Shown here: one piece after another, positions 9,145-17,282 of the stretch
How the letters are laid out: the number at the start of each line of letters is the position of its first letter
Numbering within the stretch: position 1 is the stretch's first letter
Origin: a bacterium
GTDB lineage: Bacteria > Muiribacteriota > UBA6191
Direction of reading: 5' to 3'
DNA length: 21,081 nt
Assembly (NCBI GenBank): GCA_036339875.1
Contig: JAYZAC010000200.1
Coordinates: 1-21,081, forward strand
Position numbers and translations under genes: made by a program
Notes under the pieces: model-generated
What the model was told of the DNA's origin: nothing
What the model saw: only the letters and a program-made list of their open reading frames with translations
Databases searched by the model: none

Positions 9145-10268
9145 TTTAAATCCCTTCTACTAACTTCGTAAGCAAGACTAAAAAGCTCTGCTCGATTGAT
9201 AGACTGCTTTTTATCATTACCATTTCTAACCAGTATTAAATCTTGATCAGGATAAACCGCCAAAAATTGTCCATGATGACCGCTTCCAAAAAATAAGTTA
9301 TCTGGTGCTCTGGGAATTTCTTTTATTAATTCTTTTCTAGGGTTGGGGTGGTTCAACCACCATTGGGCTCCATAGGAGGCCAATTCCTTAGGCTCTGGAA
9401 CCTCTTGATTCATTAAAGCCGGGGCCAAGCCGAGATTAAAATCAACCCAAGATTCAGGAACAATTTGTCTCTGATTCCATTTTCCTGAGTGCATGTAAAG
9501 GTAACCGATTCGAGCAAGGTCCGATGGGGCCAAATATAGATAGGACGAACCGATAAATGTCCCGCTGCTATCTCTTTCCCAAGTTGCTTTGGTAATACCT
9601 ATTGGCTCAAACAATTCCGTCCATGGAAAATCTGCATGTTTCTCTGCAGACATACTTTTTTTAAGGCAGCCCATCATTAGATTTGTCTCTCCACTGCTAT
9701 AGAGCCAGCGTGTACCCGGTGGATAAGCAAAAGGAATATTGGATGTGTATTCAGCCATATCGGCCTTACCATCCACGTAAAGCATTTGAATCACGTTACT
9801 ACCAAGAGGGTTAGCTTCGTATCCTTCTTTCCAATCAAGGCCCGAACTCATTTGAAGTAAATGTTTAATCTTAAGCGATTGAGAATACCTTGGATCAATA
9901 TTAGGGTAATATTCTACAACCAAGTCTTCCCTATTTATGAGGTCTTTCTGCTCTGCAATACCCACCAAAATTGCACTGACTGACTTACTGATTGACCACA
10001 CTCTGTGGAGCTGCTTGCGTTTGTAGCCATTGGCAAATTGAGCCCTTACCTCACAATCGCGGTAATAAAGTATAAGGCTGTTGGTTTCATACTCAGCATT
10101 CTCATCAAAAGCATAGTTAAAAAGATCATCAAGCTTATTCTTGTTTAACTTTTTTAACTCACCAAATGAGCACTTACGCCAACTATCTGTGGGATACCTT
10201 ACTCTGTTAAAAGCATCAATCGAGACTGTTGCAGTAAGACTTACAATCAAATAAAAGAATATACTCAT
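9141..10268 (-). CDS. Serine hydrolase, class C beta-lactamase-like (6-aminohexanoate-dimer hydrolase-like) family
   Basis: SxxK motif WSISKS, HLLQMSSGL, PPGTRWLYSSG, DLARIG.LY, and GHHGQ. Signal peptide if the start is ATG 10268 (ORF track start 10319 overlaps nhaC). Confidence 0.92.
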   Translation of the reverse strand: MSIFFYLIVSLTATVSIDAFNRVRYPTDSWRKCSFGELKKLNKNKLDDLFNYAFDENAEYETNSLILYYRDCEVRAQFANGYKRKQLHRVWSISKSVSAILVGIAEQKDLINREDLVVEYYPNIDPRYSQSLKIKHLLQMSSGLDWKEGYEANPLGSNVIQMLYVDGKADMAEYTSNIPFAYPPGTRWLYSSGETNLMMGCLKKSMSAEKHADFPWTELFEPIGITKATWERDSSGTFIGSSYLYLAPSDLARIGYLYMHSGKWNQRQIVPESWVDFNLGLAPALMNQEVPEPKELASYGAQWWLNHPNPRKELIKEIPRAPDNLFFGSGHHGQFLAVYPDQDLILVRNGNDKKQSINRAELFSLAYEVSRRDLK

Positions 10269-10284
10269 TTTTTTCCCATTCAAA

Positions 10285-11757
10285 TTAAGCAACGCCAGCT
10301 TCCCTAACTTTCTTTTCAATAGTCCAATTCATGGTGGCTAGGAAAACTGAAATTACGGGGGATAACAAGTTAAAGAAACAGAAGGGTAAATATTCTAATG
10401 TCCCTACTCCAAAAACTTTTGAATGATAAGCGCCACCTGAGTTCCATGGAACCAAGACAGAGGTAACGGTACCCGAGTCCTCTAGTGCTCGTGATAGATT
10501 TTTAGGATGTAGATCAAAATCATCAAAACTTTTACGAAACATTCTACCGGGAACCACGAGTGCTAAATATTGGTCAGAAGCTGTCATATTCATCACCAAA
10601 CATGTGGCGACTACAGAGCCTATCAAGGAAGCTGTGCCTTTTACTAACGATAGAATACTCTCTGCTATCTTTTGAAGCATTCCAGTAGCCTCCAAAGCCC
10701 CACCAAACACCATGGCCATGAGGATTAACCACACAGTTGTAAGCATTCCCGACATTCCACCTCGATTAAATAATTTATCCATAGCCGCATTACCCGATTC
10801 AAAACTGAATCCGCCATGAGCAACACTTACTATCTGACTGTAAACTCCTGATACACCTGCGGACTCACCTGCCAATTTACTTAACAATGGCTGCTGAAAT
10901 ATCAGGGCTGCAATAACCCCAAGAAGAACCCCGATTATCATAGCAGGGAATGCGGGCATTTTCTTGGCAACCATTATCAACACAATTAGTGGTACAAGGA
11001 ATAAATGAATACCAACATTAAACTGAGTTACAATTAAGTCTAGAACCGCTTTTATTCTTACGGGGTCGCTTTGACCTCCACCATAACCTAACCCTATAAA
11101 AAAGAATAAAGCAATAGCAATTAATATAGCTGGTCCTGAGGTGTATATCATATGTCGAATGTGTGTAAACAAATCTGTTCCAGCCATTGCTGGAGCAAGG
11201 TTTGTGGTATCGCTTAAGGGTGACATCTTATCACCGAAATAGGCGCCTGATATTATGGCTCCAGCTGTCATACCCATGGGAACTCCAAGTGTTTGACCAA
11301 TTCCGATAAGTGCCACACCCACAGTACCAGATGTACTCCAACTAGAACCGGTAGAAATTGCTACAAAAGCGCAGGAGATACAAGCTACCGGTAAGAAATA
11401 ATCAGGGTTGATAATATTTAATCCGTAATAAATCATAGTTGGTACAATACCGCTTAATATCCAAACAGAAATTAGTGAACCTACGACTAGCAATATTAGG
11501 CAGGCTTGGGTCGCAAGACTTATAGAATGGACAATTCGAGCTTCCATTCTTTTATAAGGGACCTCAAGAATGAATGAACCCAGAGCAAGGGTCAACATAC
11601 CAGAGAGTAACAAAGCCAATTGATTTGGACCGTAGGTCGCATCATCCTTAAATAGAATCACATTGACTACCAATGCGAGTACAAGAAAGCCTAGTGGTAT
11701 TAACGAAAGCACTAGACTTGGTTGCTTCACATCTTTGGCATTGGCAGATTCACTCAT
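10285..11757 (-). CDS. nhaC: NhaC-family Na+/H+ antiporter or amino-acid transporter
   Basis: Motifs TGSSWSTSGTVG, AGAIISGAYFGDKMSPLSDTTNLA and LSRALEDSGT..S.LVPW; many TM segments; AGGAG RBS at 11764-11768. Confidence 0.93.
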   Translation of the reverse strand: MSESANAKDVKQPSLVLSLIPLGFLVLALVVNVILFKDDATYGPNQLALLLSGMLTLALGSFILEVPYKRMEARIVHSISLATQACLILLVVGSLISVWILSGIVPTMIYYGLNIINPDYFLPVACISCAFVAISTGSSWSTSGTVGVALIGIGQTLGVPMGMTAGAIISGAYFGDKMSPLSDTTNLAPAMAGTDLFTHIRHMIYTSGPAILIAIALFFFIGLGYGGGQSDPVRIKAVLDLIVTQFNVGIHLFLVPLIVLIMVAKKMPAFPAMIIGVLLGVIAALIFQQPLLSKLAGESAGVSGVYSQIVSVAHGGFSFESGNAAMDKLFNRGGMSGMLTTVWLILMAMVFGGALEATGMLQKIAESILSLVKGTASLIGSVVATCLVMNMTASDQYLALVVPGRMFRKSFDDFDLHPKNLSRALEDSGTVTSVLVPWNSGGAYHSKVFGVGTLEYLPFCFFNLLSPVISVFLATMNWTIEKKVREAGVA

Positions 11758-11763
11758 ATTGCG

Positions 11764-11790
11764 CTCCTAGTTCGAAGAGGAATTTTATCA
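11764..11790 (-). promoter_or_regulatory. Putative extended -10 (TGA-TAAAAT) and RBS (AGGAG) for nhaC
   Basis: The minus strand reads TGATAAAAT (11790-11782), then AGGAG (11768-11764) just upstream of the ATG. Confidence 0.5.
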
Positions 11791-11800
11791 TCTTAAATTT

Positions 11801-12217
11801 TTATAATTGTATTCGTCCACTGTCTAAATAACCCATGATATCCAGGTAACAAGCTACCGATTCATTACGAAAGTAGTTTTTTATCTGATTAATACTAGTG
11901 ATTCTGAACAAGTCTAAATCATTACCCTCTACTCGACCGCCCTGCCAAGGGTAAACAAAACAAACTAAACTATTCAAATTCAAATCTCGAGCCACCATTA
12001 ATCTTTGGCAACCCGTCTCAACTTGTAAACGGTCTGGATATGCTTGAACTAAGCATGGGTCCAAAACACCTTCGAGCCTAATATTTTGTAGTAATTTATT
12101 GTAGTCAGGGTTTGATTGAAACTTTTTAATCAATTGCGGAGATTCATCAAAGCTCAATTTGAGTTTATTAACGGCTATAGTTGTATAGAATAGGCTCAGA
12201 TTATTCTCTCTTACCAA
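11801..12217 (-). CDS. Stand-alone ParB/sulfiredoxin (ParBc)-fold protein
   Basis: LLQNIRLEGVLDPCLV...LQVETGCQRLMVARDLNL fits the ParB/Srx N-terminal pattern L..sI...G...P..V......G.xR..A...L. TTG start is uncertain. Confidence 0.7.
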   Translation of the reverse strand: MVRENNLSLFYTTIAVNKLKLSFDESPQLIKKFQSNPDYNKLLQNIRLEGVLDPCLVQAYPDRLQVETGCQRLMVARDLNLNSLVCFVYPWQGGRVEGNDLDLFRITSINQIKNYFRNESVACYLDIMGYLDSGRIQL

Positions 12218-12262
12218 AATTTATCTCGCGCATTGTGTCCAATATCAGATACAGTTTTTGGT

Positions 12263-12661
12263 ATGCCTACTTTATTAATACTTTTACTTATATCTAATAG
12301 TTGGTGCACTCTTCCAAACTCAGAATACCATAAAATTCCGACACGATTGAAAGTTCAAAGAGCTTATCACTTGATGCCGGGCGATCAAACTATGCAAGGT
12401 TTAATCAATCGCCGCTTTCCTGGTTTAGGAATAAGAACCTTACGTCCACGACCAAACTTCCCTAATGGCTATCAAAAACATATTGAAAGCCTGTATACGA
12501 ATCATCTTAGAAATCAGAAAGTTAGACGATCAGTGGCTCACGAAAGTCGAAAGCACCTACGTAGGAAATTACCTCATCGACCCAACTCATTGAAACTAAG
12601 GTACTCCCCATACGTACAAAGTCATACCAAGAATCGTAAAGCGGACTCGCCCTTTTACTAA
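12263..12661 (+). CDS. Small basic secreted hypothetical protein
   Basis: From ATG 12263: signal-like MPTLLILLLISNSWC, then an R/K/H/P-rich mature part; shares a motif with 8478..8831. Confidence 0.65.
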   Translation: MPTLLILLLISNSWCTLPNSEYHKIPTRLKVQRAYHLMPGDQTMQGLINRRFPGLGIRTLRPRPNFPNGYQKHIESLYTNHLRNQKVRRSVAHESRKHLRRKLPHRPNSLKLRYSPYVQSHTKNRKADSPFY

Positions 12662-13119
12662 ACTTTATGAATTCCTTCGCTATCCGTGTATTGTCGAAGC
12701 TTCTCTTTTAGCTCGATGATCTGATCATTAGCGCGCTTGAGACTAAAATGAGTATTGACTCTAGCCAAGAGCTCGACCATCTTGAAAGGCTTTGCAATAT
12801 AATCTACCGCACCTTTTTCAAAACAACGATTAACATCATCTTCATCTGTCATTCCCGATAAAAAGATTACTGGTATATCCTTAGTAGATCGATTTGATTT
12901 TAACTCATCAATCACCTGCCAACCATCCATTTCAGGCATGCGTATATCCAAAAGGATTAAATCAGGTTGATCGTTATAAATCTTTTTCAGGCCTACTTTA
13001 CCAGAACTAGCAAAAACAATTTCATAATTTGTGTGACGTAAAACCGTACCCAACATCTGTAGATTCGTTGGCTGATCATCGATAATTAAAATTGATCCAT
13101 TCGGTTTTTGTTTATCCAC
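12658..13119 (-). CDS. Response regulator: single receiver domain with a short C-terminal coiled coil
   Basis: ILIIDD, PDLILLDIRMPEMDG (phosphoacceptor Asp), PVIFLS, GAVDYIAKPF; GTG start preceded by AAGGAG. Confidence 0.93.
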   Translation of the reverse strand: MDKQKPNGSILIIDDQPTNLQMLGTVLRHTNYEIVFASSGKVGLKKIYNDQPDLILLDIRMPEMDGWQVIDELKSNRSTKDIPVIFLSGMTDEDDVNRCFEKGAVDYIAKPFKMVELLARVNTHFSLKRANDQIIELKEKLRQYTDSEGIHKV

Positions 13120-13140
13120 AGAATTATTGCTCCTTGCGAC

Positions 13141-13146
13141 ATTATA
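13141..13146 (-). promoter_or_regulatory. Putative -10 box (TATAAT) for the response regulator
   Basis: Perfect TATAAT on the minus strand just upstream of the AAGGAG RBS; no good -35 found. Confidence 0.4.
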
Positions 13147-13246
13147 CTCCGACCCAGAAGCCGGTTGTGTAAGAATTTTTTATGACGACTTTCAAAATAG
13201 TTAGAAATAAATCTTAAATTGTTAGCTAAAGATCCTATATTTGATC

Positions 13247-13262
13247 AACGTAAAATTACGTT
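13247..13262. promoter_or_regulatory. Perfect inverted repeat AACGTAA-aa-TTACGTT, candidate operator
   Basis: 7-2-7 palindrome in the 190-nt divergent intergenic region, about 40 nt upstream of a TATACT box at 13302-13307. Confidence 0.45.
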
Positions 13263-13310
13263 CAATATTAATTAATTCGAAACTGATCAGGGCATTTTGG
13301 GTATACTCGC

Positions 13311-14078
13311 ATGATGTTTCAGATGCACCCCTTCACAATCTATTTGTTTATCTGGCTATTGTGTGTGCCAGCATGCTTTGCTTCGGACTCTGTTTCCAGC
13401 AGTTCAATAGACTTAGTAGATTACGTTCGTCGTTCAGAAACGCAGTACCTCGCTAAAACTAGTTATGCCATGATCGAAATGAAAATCGAACGCAGAACAT
13501 GGAATCGTCGCATGGTTATGAAAAACTGGGGTGAAGGTCGTGACAAATTTCTAGCTAGAATTATAGAACCGCTCAAAGAGAGAGGTACTTCTACACTCAA
13601 GCTAAACGATAATATTTGGAATTATCTTCCTAAAATTGATCGTATTATGAAAGTGCCCTCTAGTCTTATGGGTGACTCTTGGATGGGTTCTCACTTTACT
13701 AATGATGATTTAGTCAAAGGTAATAAAATTGATCAAATGTACGATTTCAGTTTAATGAAGGAATCAGCTCAAAATATTTGGATTCAGGCTTTGCCAAAAG
13801 AAGATGCCGCAACCGTGTGGGGTAAAATTATCTATAACATGGAACGTGTTCGTAAAGTCGCAGAGACCGTTGAATACTTTGACGAAGATAACGAGCTAGT
13901 ACGAACAATCAGCTTTCATGATATTAAGGAATTAGACGGTCGACACATACCAATGCGAATGATAGTTACTCCTGAAGATGAACCCAATGAATCTACTCTT
14001 ATTTCATACAAAGAATTGACCTTTGATAAGCCATTACCCAAAGGACTCTTCTCTGTTCGTAATCTAAAGCGAAAATGA
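13311..14078 (+). CDS. Outer membrane lipoprotein-sorting protein (LolA-like)
   Basis: Signal peptide; motifs P.KERGTSTLK, IWNYLPKIDR, SWMGSHFTNDDL and GRHIPMRM; first gene of a Lol-like ABC operon. Start may be 13314. Confidence 0.9.
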   Translation: MMFQMHPFTIYLFIWLLCVPACFASDSVSSSSIDLVDYVRRSETQYLAKTSYAMIEMKIERRTWNRRMVMKNWGEGRDKFLARIIEPLKERGTSTLKLNDNIWNYLPKIDRIMKVPSSLMGDSWMGSHFTNDDLVKGNKIDQMYDFSLMKESAQNIWIQALPKEDAATVWGKIIYNMERVRKVAETVEYFDEDNELVRTISFHDIKELDGRHIPMRMIVTPEDEPNESTLISYKELTFDKPLPKGLFSVRNLKRK

Positions 14079-14108
14079 TTAAATGCGGGGAAATGTAGGA
14101 GCACTTGA

Positions 14109-15347
14109 ATGTTAATTCTGCGTTTGGCCTATCGTAATTTGTGGCGTGCGCCGCAGCGTACTCTGCTGACGATGGGTGCTATGACTACAGCTACTGCTGT
14201 CCTGATTCTCACATTATCTATCAACCTGGGATTCCTCTGGTCTATGATAATAACCACAACGGAGTATTATCATAGCCATATCCAGATTGTTAACCCTTTA
14301 TACCAACAAGAATCTGATCTACATCATACTCTGACTGCTGATACATCAAATCTCAAAGATTCACAAAATAATCTTCTTGGCTTGAGTCCTAGACTGTTTG
14401 GTCGAATGTTGCTTCAAAAAGACTCTCCTAATTCGGAATCAAAGGGTAAAACCGTTGCTGCGGAAGTCCTAGGACTTGAGGTGAAAACTGAAAAGTCAGT
14501 GAGTCTGCTACTTGATTGTTTAGTCGAAGGATCAACATTAGCAGACAATGACCAAGGAATTTTACTGGGAGATCAACTGGCGAAGAGACTTGGCGTCTCT
14601 ACGGGAGACAAACTTATTGCAATGGGTCAGGGGGCACAAGGTTCAGTAGCGTCAGCCATTTTTGAGGTACGCGGAATTTTTCATTCGGGTGATGCTACCA
14701 AGGATTTAAGTTTAGCCTTAACTAGCTTAAGTAATCTTCAGAATATAATAGGTCTACCTGAACAAGCGCATACTTGGATTGGTCGATTGTCCGGACCACT
14801 CGAGGCTCGAGCAGCAAAAGATAGACTTCAATTAGAAAATCCAAATCTTACTGTGGATTCTTGGCGTGAAAAATTACCACAATTAAGTCAAGTTATAGAC
14901 TTCTGGGATATCAGTCAGCTTATCTTAATTTGTATTTTTTACTTTGCAGTAATTCTAATTGCAATGAATACTATGAGTATGGCCATACTGGAGCGCAGCC
15001 ACGAGATGGGAGTTCTGAAAGCCATCGGACTTAAACAGTACCAGCTTTATTGCATGCTTTTTTTAGAAGGAACTTTAATGAGCTCTATAGCTGCTTTGGT
15101 AGGAGGAATTATTGGAATCAGCATCGCTCTTATTCTTTATCAGTATCCAATTGATCTGACCACCTATATGGGCGTTATTGAATGGGGAGGTAGTAGTCTA
15201 AAGCCAATGATCAGAGCATATCTAACTGTAGATAATGTTTGCCTACCAATTGTTCTTATGATGCTTTTAGGTGGTTTTACCAGCATTTGGCCGGCGTATA
15301 GGGTTTTAAGTAAACCATTGCACGCTGTTCTAGGAGAAAAACGCTGA
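14109..15347 (+). CDS. ABC transporter permease, FtsX/LolC-E/MacB family
   Basis: LAYRNLWR..RT.LT, large periplasmic loop, NTMSMAILERSHEMGVLKAIG, SIWPAYR; AGGAG RBS upstream. Confidence 0.93.
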   Translation: MLILRLAYRNLWRAPQRTLLTMGAMTTATAVLILTLSINLGFLWSMIITTTEYYHSHIQIVNPLYQQESDLHHTLTADTSNLKDSQNNLLGLSPRLFGRMLLQKDSPNSESKGKTVAAEVLGLEVKTEKSVSLLLDCLVEGSTLADNDQGILLGDQLAKRLGVSTGDKLIAMGQGAQGSVASAIFEVRGIFHSGDATKDLSLALTSLSNLQNIIGLPEQAHTWIGRLSGPLEARAAKDRLQLENPNLTVDSWREKLPQLSQVIDFWDISQLILICIFYFAVILIAMNTMSMAILERSHEMGVLKAIGLKQYQLYCMLFLEGTLMSSIAALVGGIIGISIALILYQYPIDLTTYMGVIEWGGSSLKPMIRAYLTVDNVCLPIVLMMLLGGFTSIWPAYRVLSKPLHAVLGEKR

Positions 15348-16579
15348 TGCTTATGAAATTAGGGTGGCGTAACCTTAAACGTAATTTCTGGAGAAGTCTG
15401 GTCAGCGTAATGGGAATTGCTGGCAGTGTTTTTATCTGTGTTTTTCTCGATAATCTTCAAACGGGTTCTTATCGTCAATTTGTGCGCAATGGAGTACGAA
15501 GTGCCAGTGGTCACATAACTCTGACTCACCAAAAATACCTTACCCAAAAAGAAACTGAGTATCGAATTAAGCTATCAGACTGGGAGAACAGAATTTACGC
15601 CCTGGATAATGTGGAACGCGTTTCGCCAAGATTAACGATTCCTGCGTTAGCTCGATCTTCTCGTAATAGCGAGGGAGTTGCACTTTTAGGACTTAGATTG
15701 AGCAAAGATATCGATCAAAATCCTTTATTAAAATCGGAATTTCTAAAAGAGGGTTCGTGGCCCCGACCTGGCAAAAAGAAAGATGCTGTTATTGGTAATG
15801 ATCTTGCCAAATATCTCGGTCTCAAGATTGGTCGAAAATTTGTTGTAATGGCGCAAGGTTCTGACGGTGAAGTAACCAGTAAATTATTAAAAGTAAGAGG
15901 TATTCTTAGAACTGGAATGCGACTGATTGATCGTAATACTGTGATTACCCAATTAGAATCAGCTCAGGATTTAATTAAAGCGCCAAACGAAGTGCATGAA
16001 ATTGCCGTATTACTCAAAGATAATATTCATCTATCCAATGAATTAAAAAGGTTGCAGGACTGGGTCTTGCCCGACCATGAGTCGGGTCTTAGAGCTGTGA
16101 GTTGGAGAGAATCACTGCCTCAACTAGTCAGTTTGATTCAACTTGATCGCTACAATGGTATGTTGATGGCAACTTTTCTACTAATCATTGTTGGAATTGG
16201 ATTAATTAACTCATTGGTTATGAGTGTGATGGAGCGTAAGCGCGAAATTGGACTTCTACAAGCACTAGGACTAAAGTCAATAGCCGTCCAGAAAATGATC
16301 TTTGTAGAAGGTCTTTTTATGGCCATTATCGGAAATTTGATTGGTCTAATCTTTGCTATTCTATTGAGTCTATATACGAGTACATATGGTATTGATTTTA
16401 GTGAAATGGTTAGAGAGGCTAGCGTAGCAGGTGTGACTATAGATACTGTGGTATATACAGCTTGGAATCCCACAGGTACTCTAACAATATGCATCATTAT
16501 GACAGTTACAACTCTTCTGGCATCTTGGTATCCCGCTCGTATGGCTGCCAAGGTACAACCAGCTAAAGCGATGAGTTAG
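15347..16579 (+). CDS. ABC transporter permease, FtsX/LolC-E/MacB family
   Basis: LGWRNLKRN..RS, NSLVMSVMERKREIGLLQALG, ASWYPARMAAKVQPAKA; TGATG overlap with the previous gene. Confidence 0.93.
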   Translation: MLMKLGWRNLKRNFWRSLVSVMGIAGSVFICVFLDNLQTGSYRQFVRNGVRSASGHITLTHQKYLTQKETEYRIKLSDWENRIYALDNVERVSPRLTIPALARSSRNSEGVALLGLRLSKDIDQNPLLKSEFLKEGSWPRPGKKKDAVIGNDLAKYLGLKIGRKFVVMAQGSDGEVTSKLLKVRGILRTGMRLIDRNTVITQLESAQDLIKAPNEVHEIAVLLKDNIHLSNELKRLQDWVLPDHESGLRAVSWRESLPQLVSLIQLDRYNGMLMATFLLIIVGIGLINSLVMSVMERKREIGLLQALGLKSIAVQKMIFVEGLFMAIIGNLIGLIFAILLSLYTSTYGIDFSEMVREASVAGVTIDTVVYTAWNPTGTLTICIIMTVTTLLASWYPARMAAKVQPAKAMS

Positions 16580-16586
16580 GAGCTAT

Positions 16587-17282
16587 ATGCAAACACAAAC
16601 TATCGTACAATTAGAACAGGTCAGTCGCCATTATCAAGATGGGCAATCGGTTGTTCACGCAGTCGACTGCGTTGACCTTGATATCAACAAGGCAGAGTTT
16701 GCTGTTTTATCGGGACCATCAGGTAGTGGTAAAACTACAATGCTAAACCTTATCGGCGGGCTAGATATTCCCAGTATGGGTAGAATTAAAATTGAAAATC
16801 AAATTACCAGTGACCTCAGCCAAAATCAATTAACAGAACTTCGACTGCAAAGAATTGGATTTGTATTCCAAGCCTATAATCTGCTGCCAGTACTCACAGT
16901 ATATGAAAATGTACAATTAATTCTACAATTTCAAAAAGTAGATTCTGAGAAACATGAAGAGTTAATTGTACCCCTTCTAAGAGATCTTGAAATACTAGAT
17001 TTAAGAGATCGATTTCCAGCGCAATTATCAGGCGGTCAACAACAACGAGTGGCAGTTGCTCGGGCGCTATGTGGCAAACCAGCTTTAATATTAGCGGATG
17101 AACCTACTGCTAATTTAGATTCGAGTACCTCAGCTAATTTATTAAGTTTAATGCGTCGCCTAAACCAAGAACAGGATGTAACATTTTTATTTAGCTCGCA
17201 TGACCCTGATGTGGTTGATATCGCAAAACGAGTAATACATATGAAAGATGGAAAGATTCATGAGGATATACACCGCGATTAA
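16587..17282 (+). CDS. ABC transporter ATP-binding protein, LolD/MacB-like
   Basis: GPSGSGKTT, IGFVFQAYNL, LSGGQQQRVAVARAL, LILADEPTANLD; AGGAG RBS. Confidence 0.95.
   Translation: MQTQTIVQLEQVSRHYQDGQSVVHAVDCVDLDINKAEFAVLSGPSGSGKTTMLNLIGGLDIPSMGRIKIENQITSDLSQNQLTELRLQRIGFVFQAYNLLPVLTVYENVQLILQFQKVDSEKHEELIVPLLRDLEILDLRDRFPAQLSGGQQQRVAVARALCGKPALILADEPTANLDSSTSANLLSLMRRLNQEQDVTFLFSSHDPDVVDIAKRVIHMKDGKIHEDIHRD

Noticed and set aside
9141..10268. Calling the serine hydrolase an AmpC antibiotic-resistance gene
   Set aside because: It has YSS instead of YxN and lacks KTG, which fits the esterase/amidase members of the family better.
11801..12217. Chromosome-partition parB or a defence-system component
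   Set aside because: Too short, no HTH, and no parA or defence genes adjacent.
13112..13120. Perfect DnaA box TTATCCACA over the regulator start codon; another at 1725-1733
   Set aside because: Isolated single copies, in or overlapping coding sequence, with no cluster and no dnaA/oriC context; compatible with chance.
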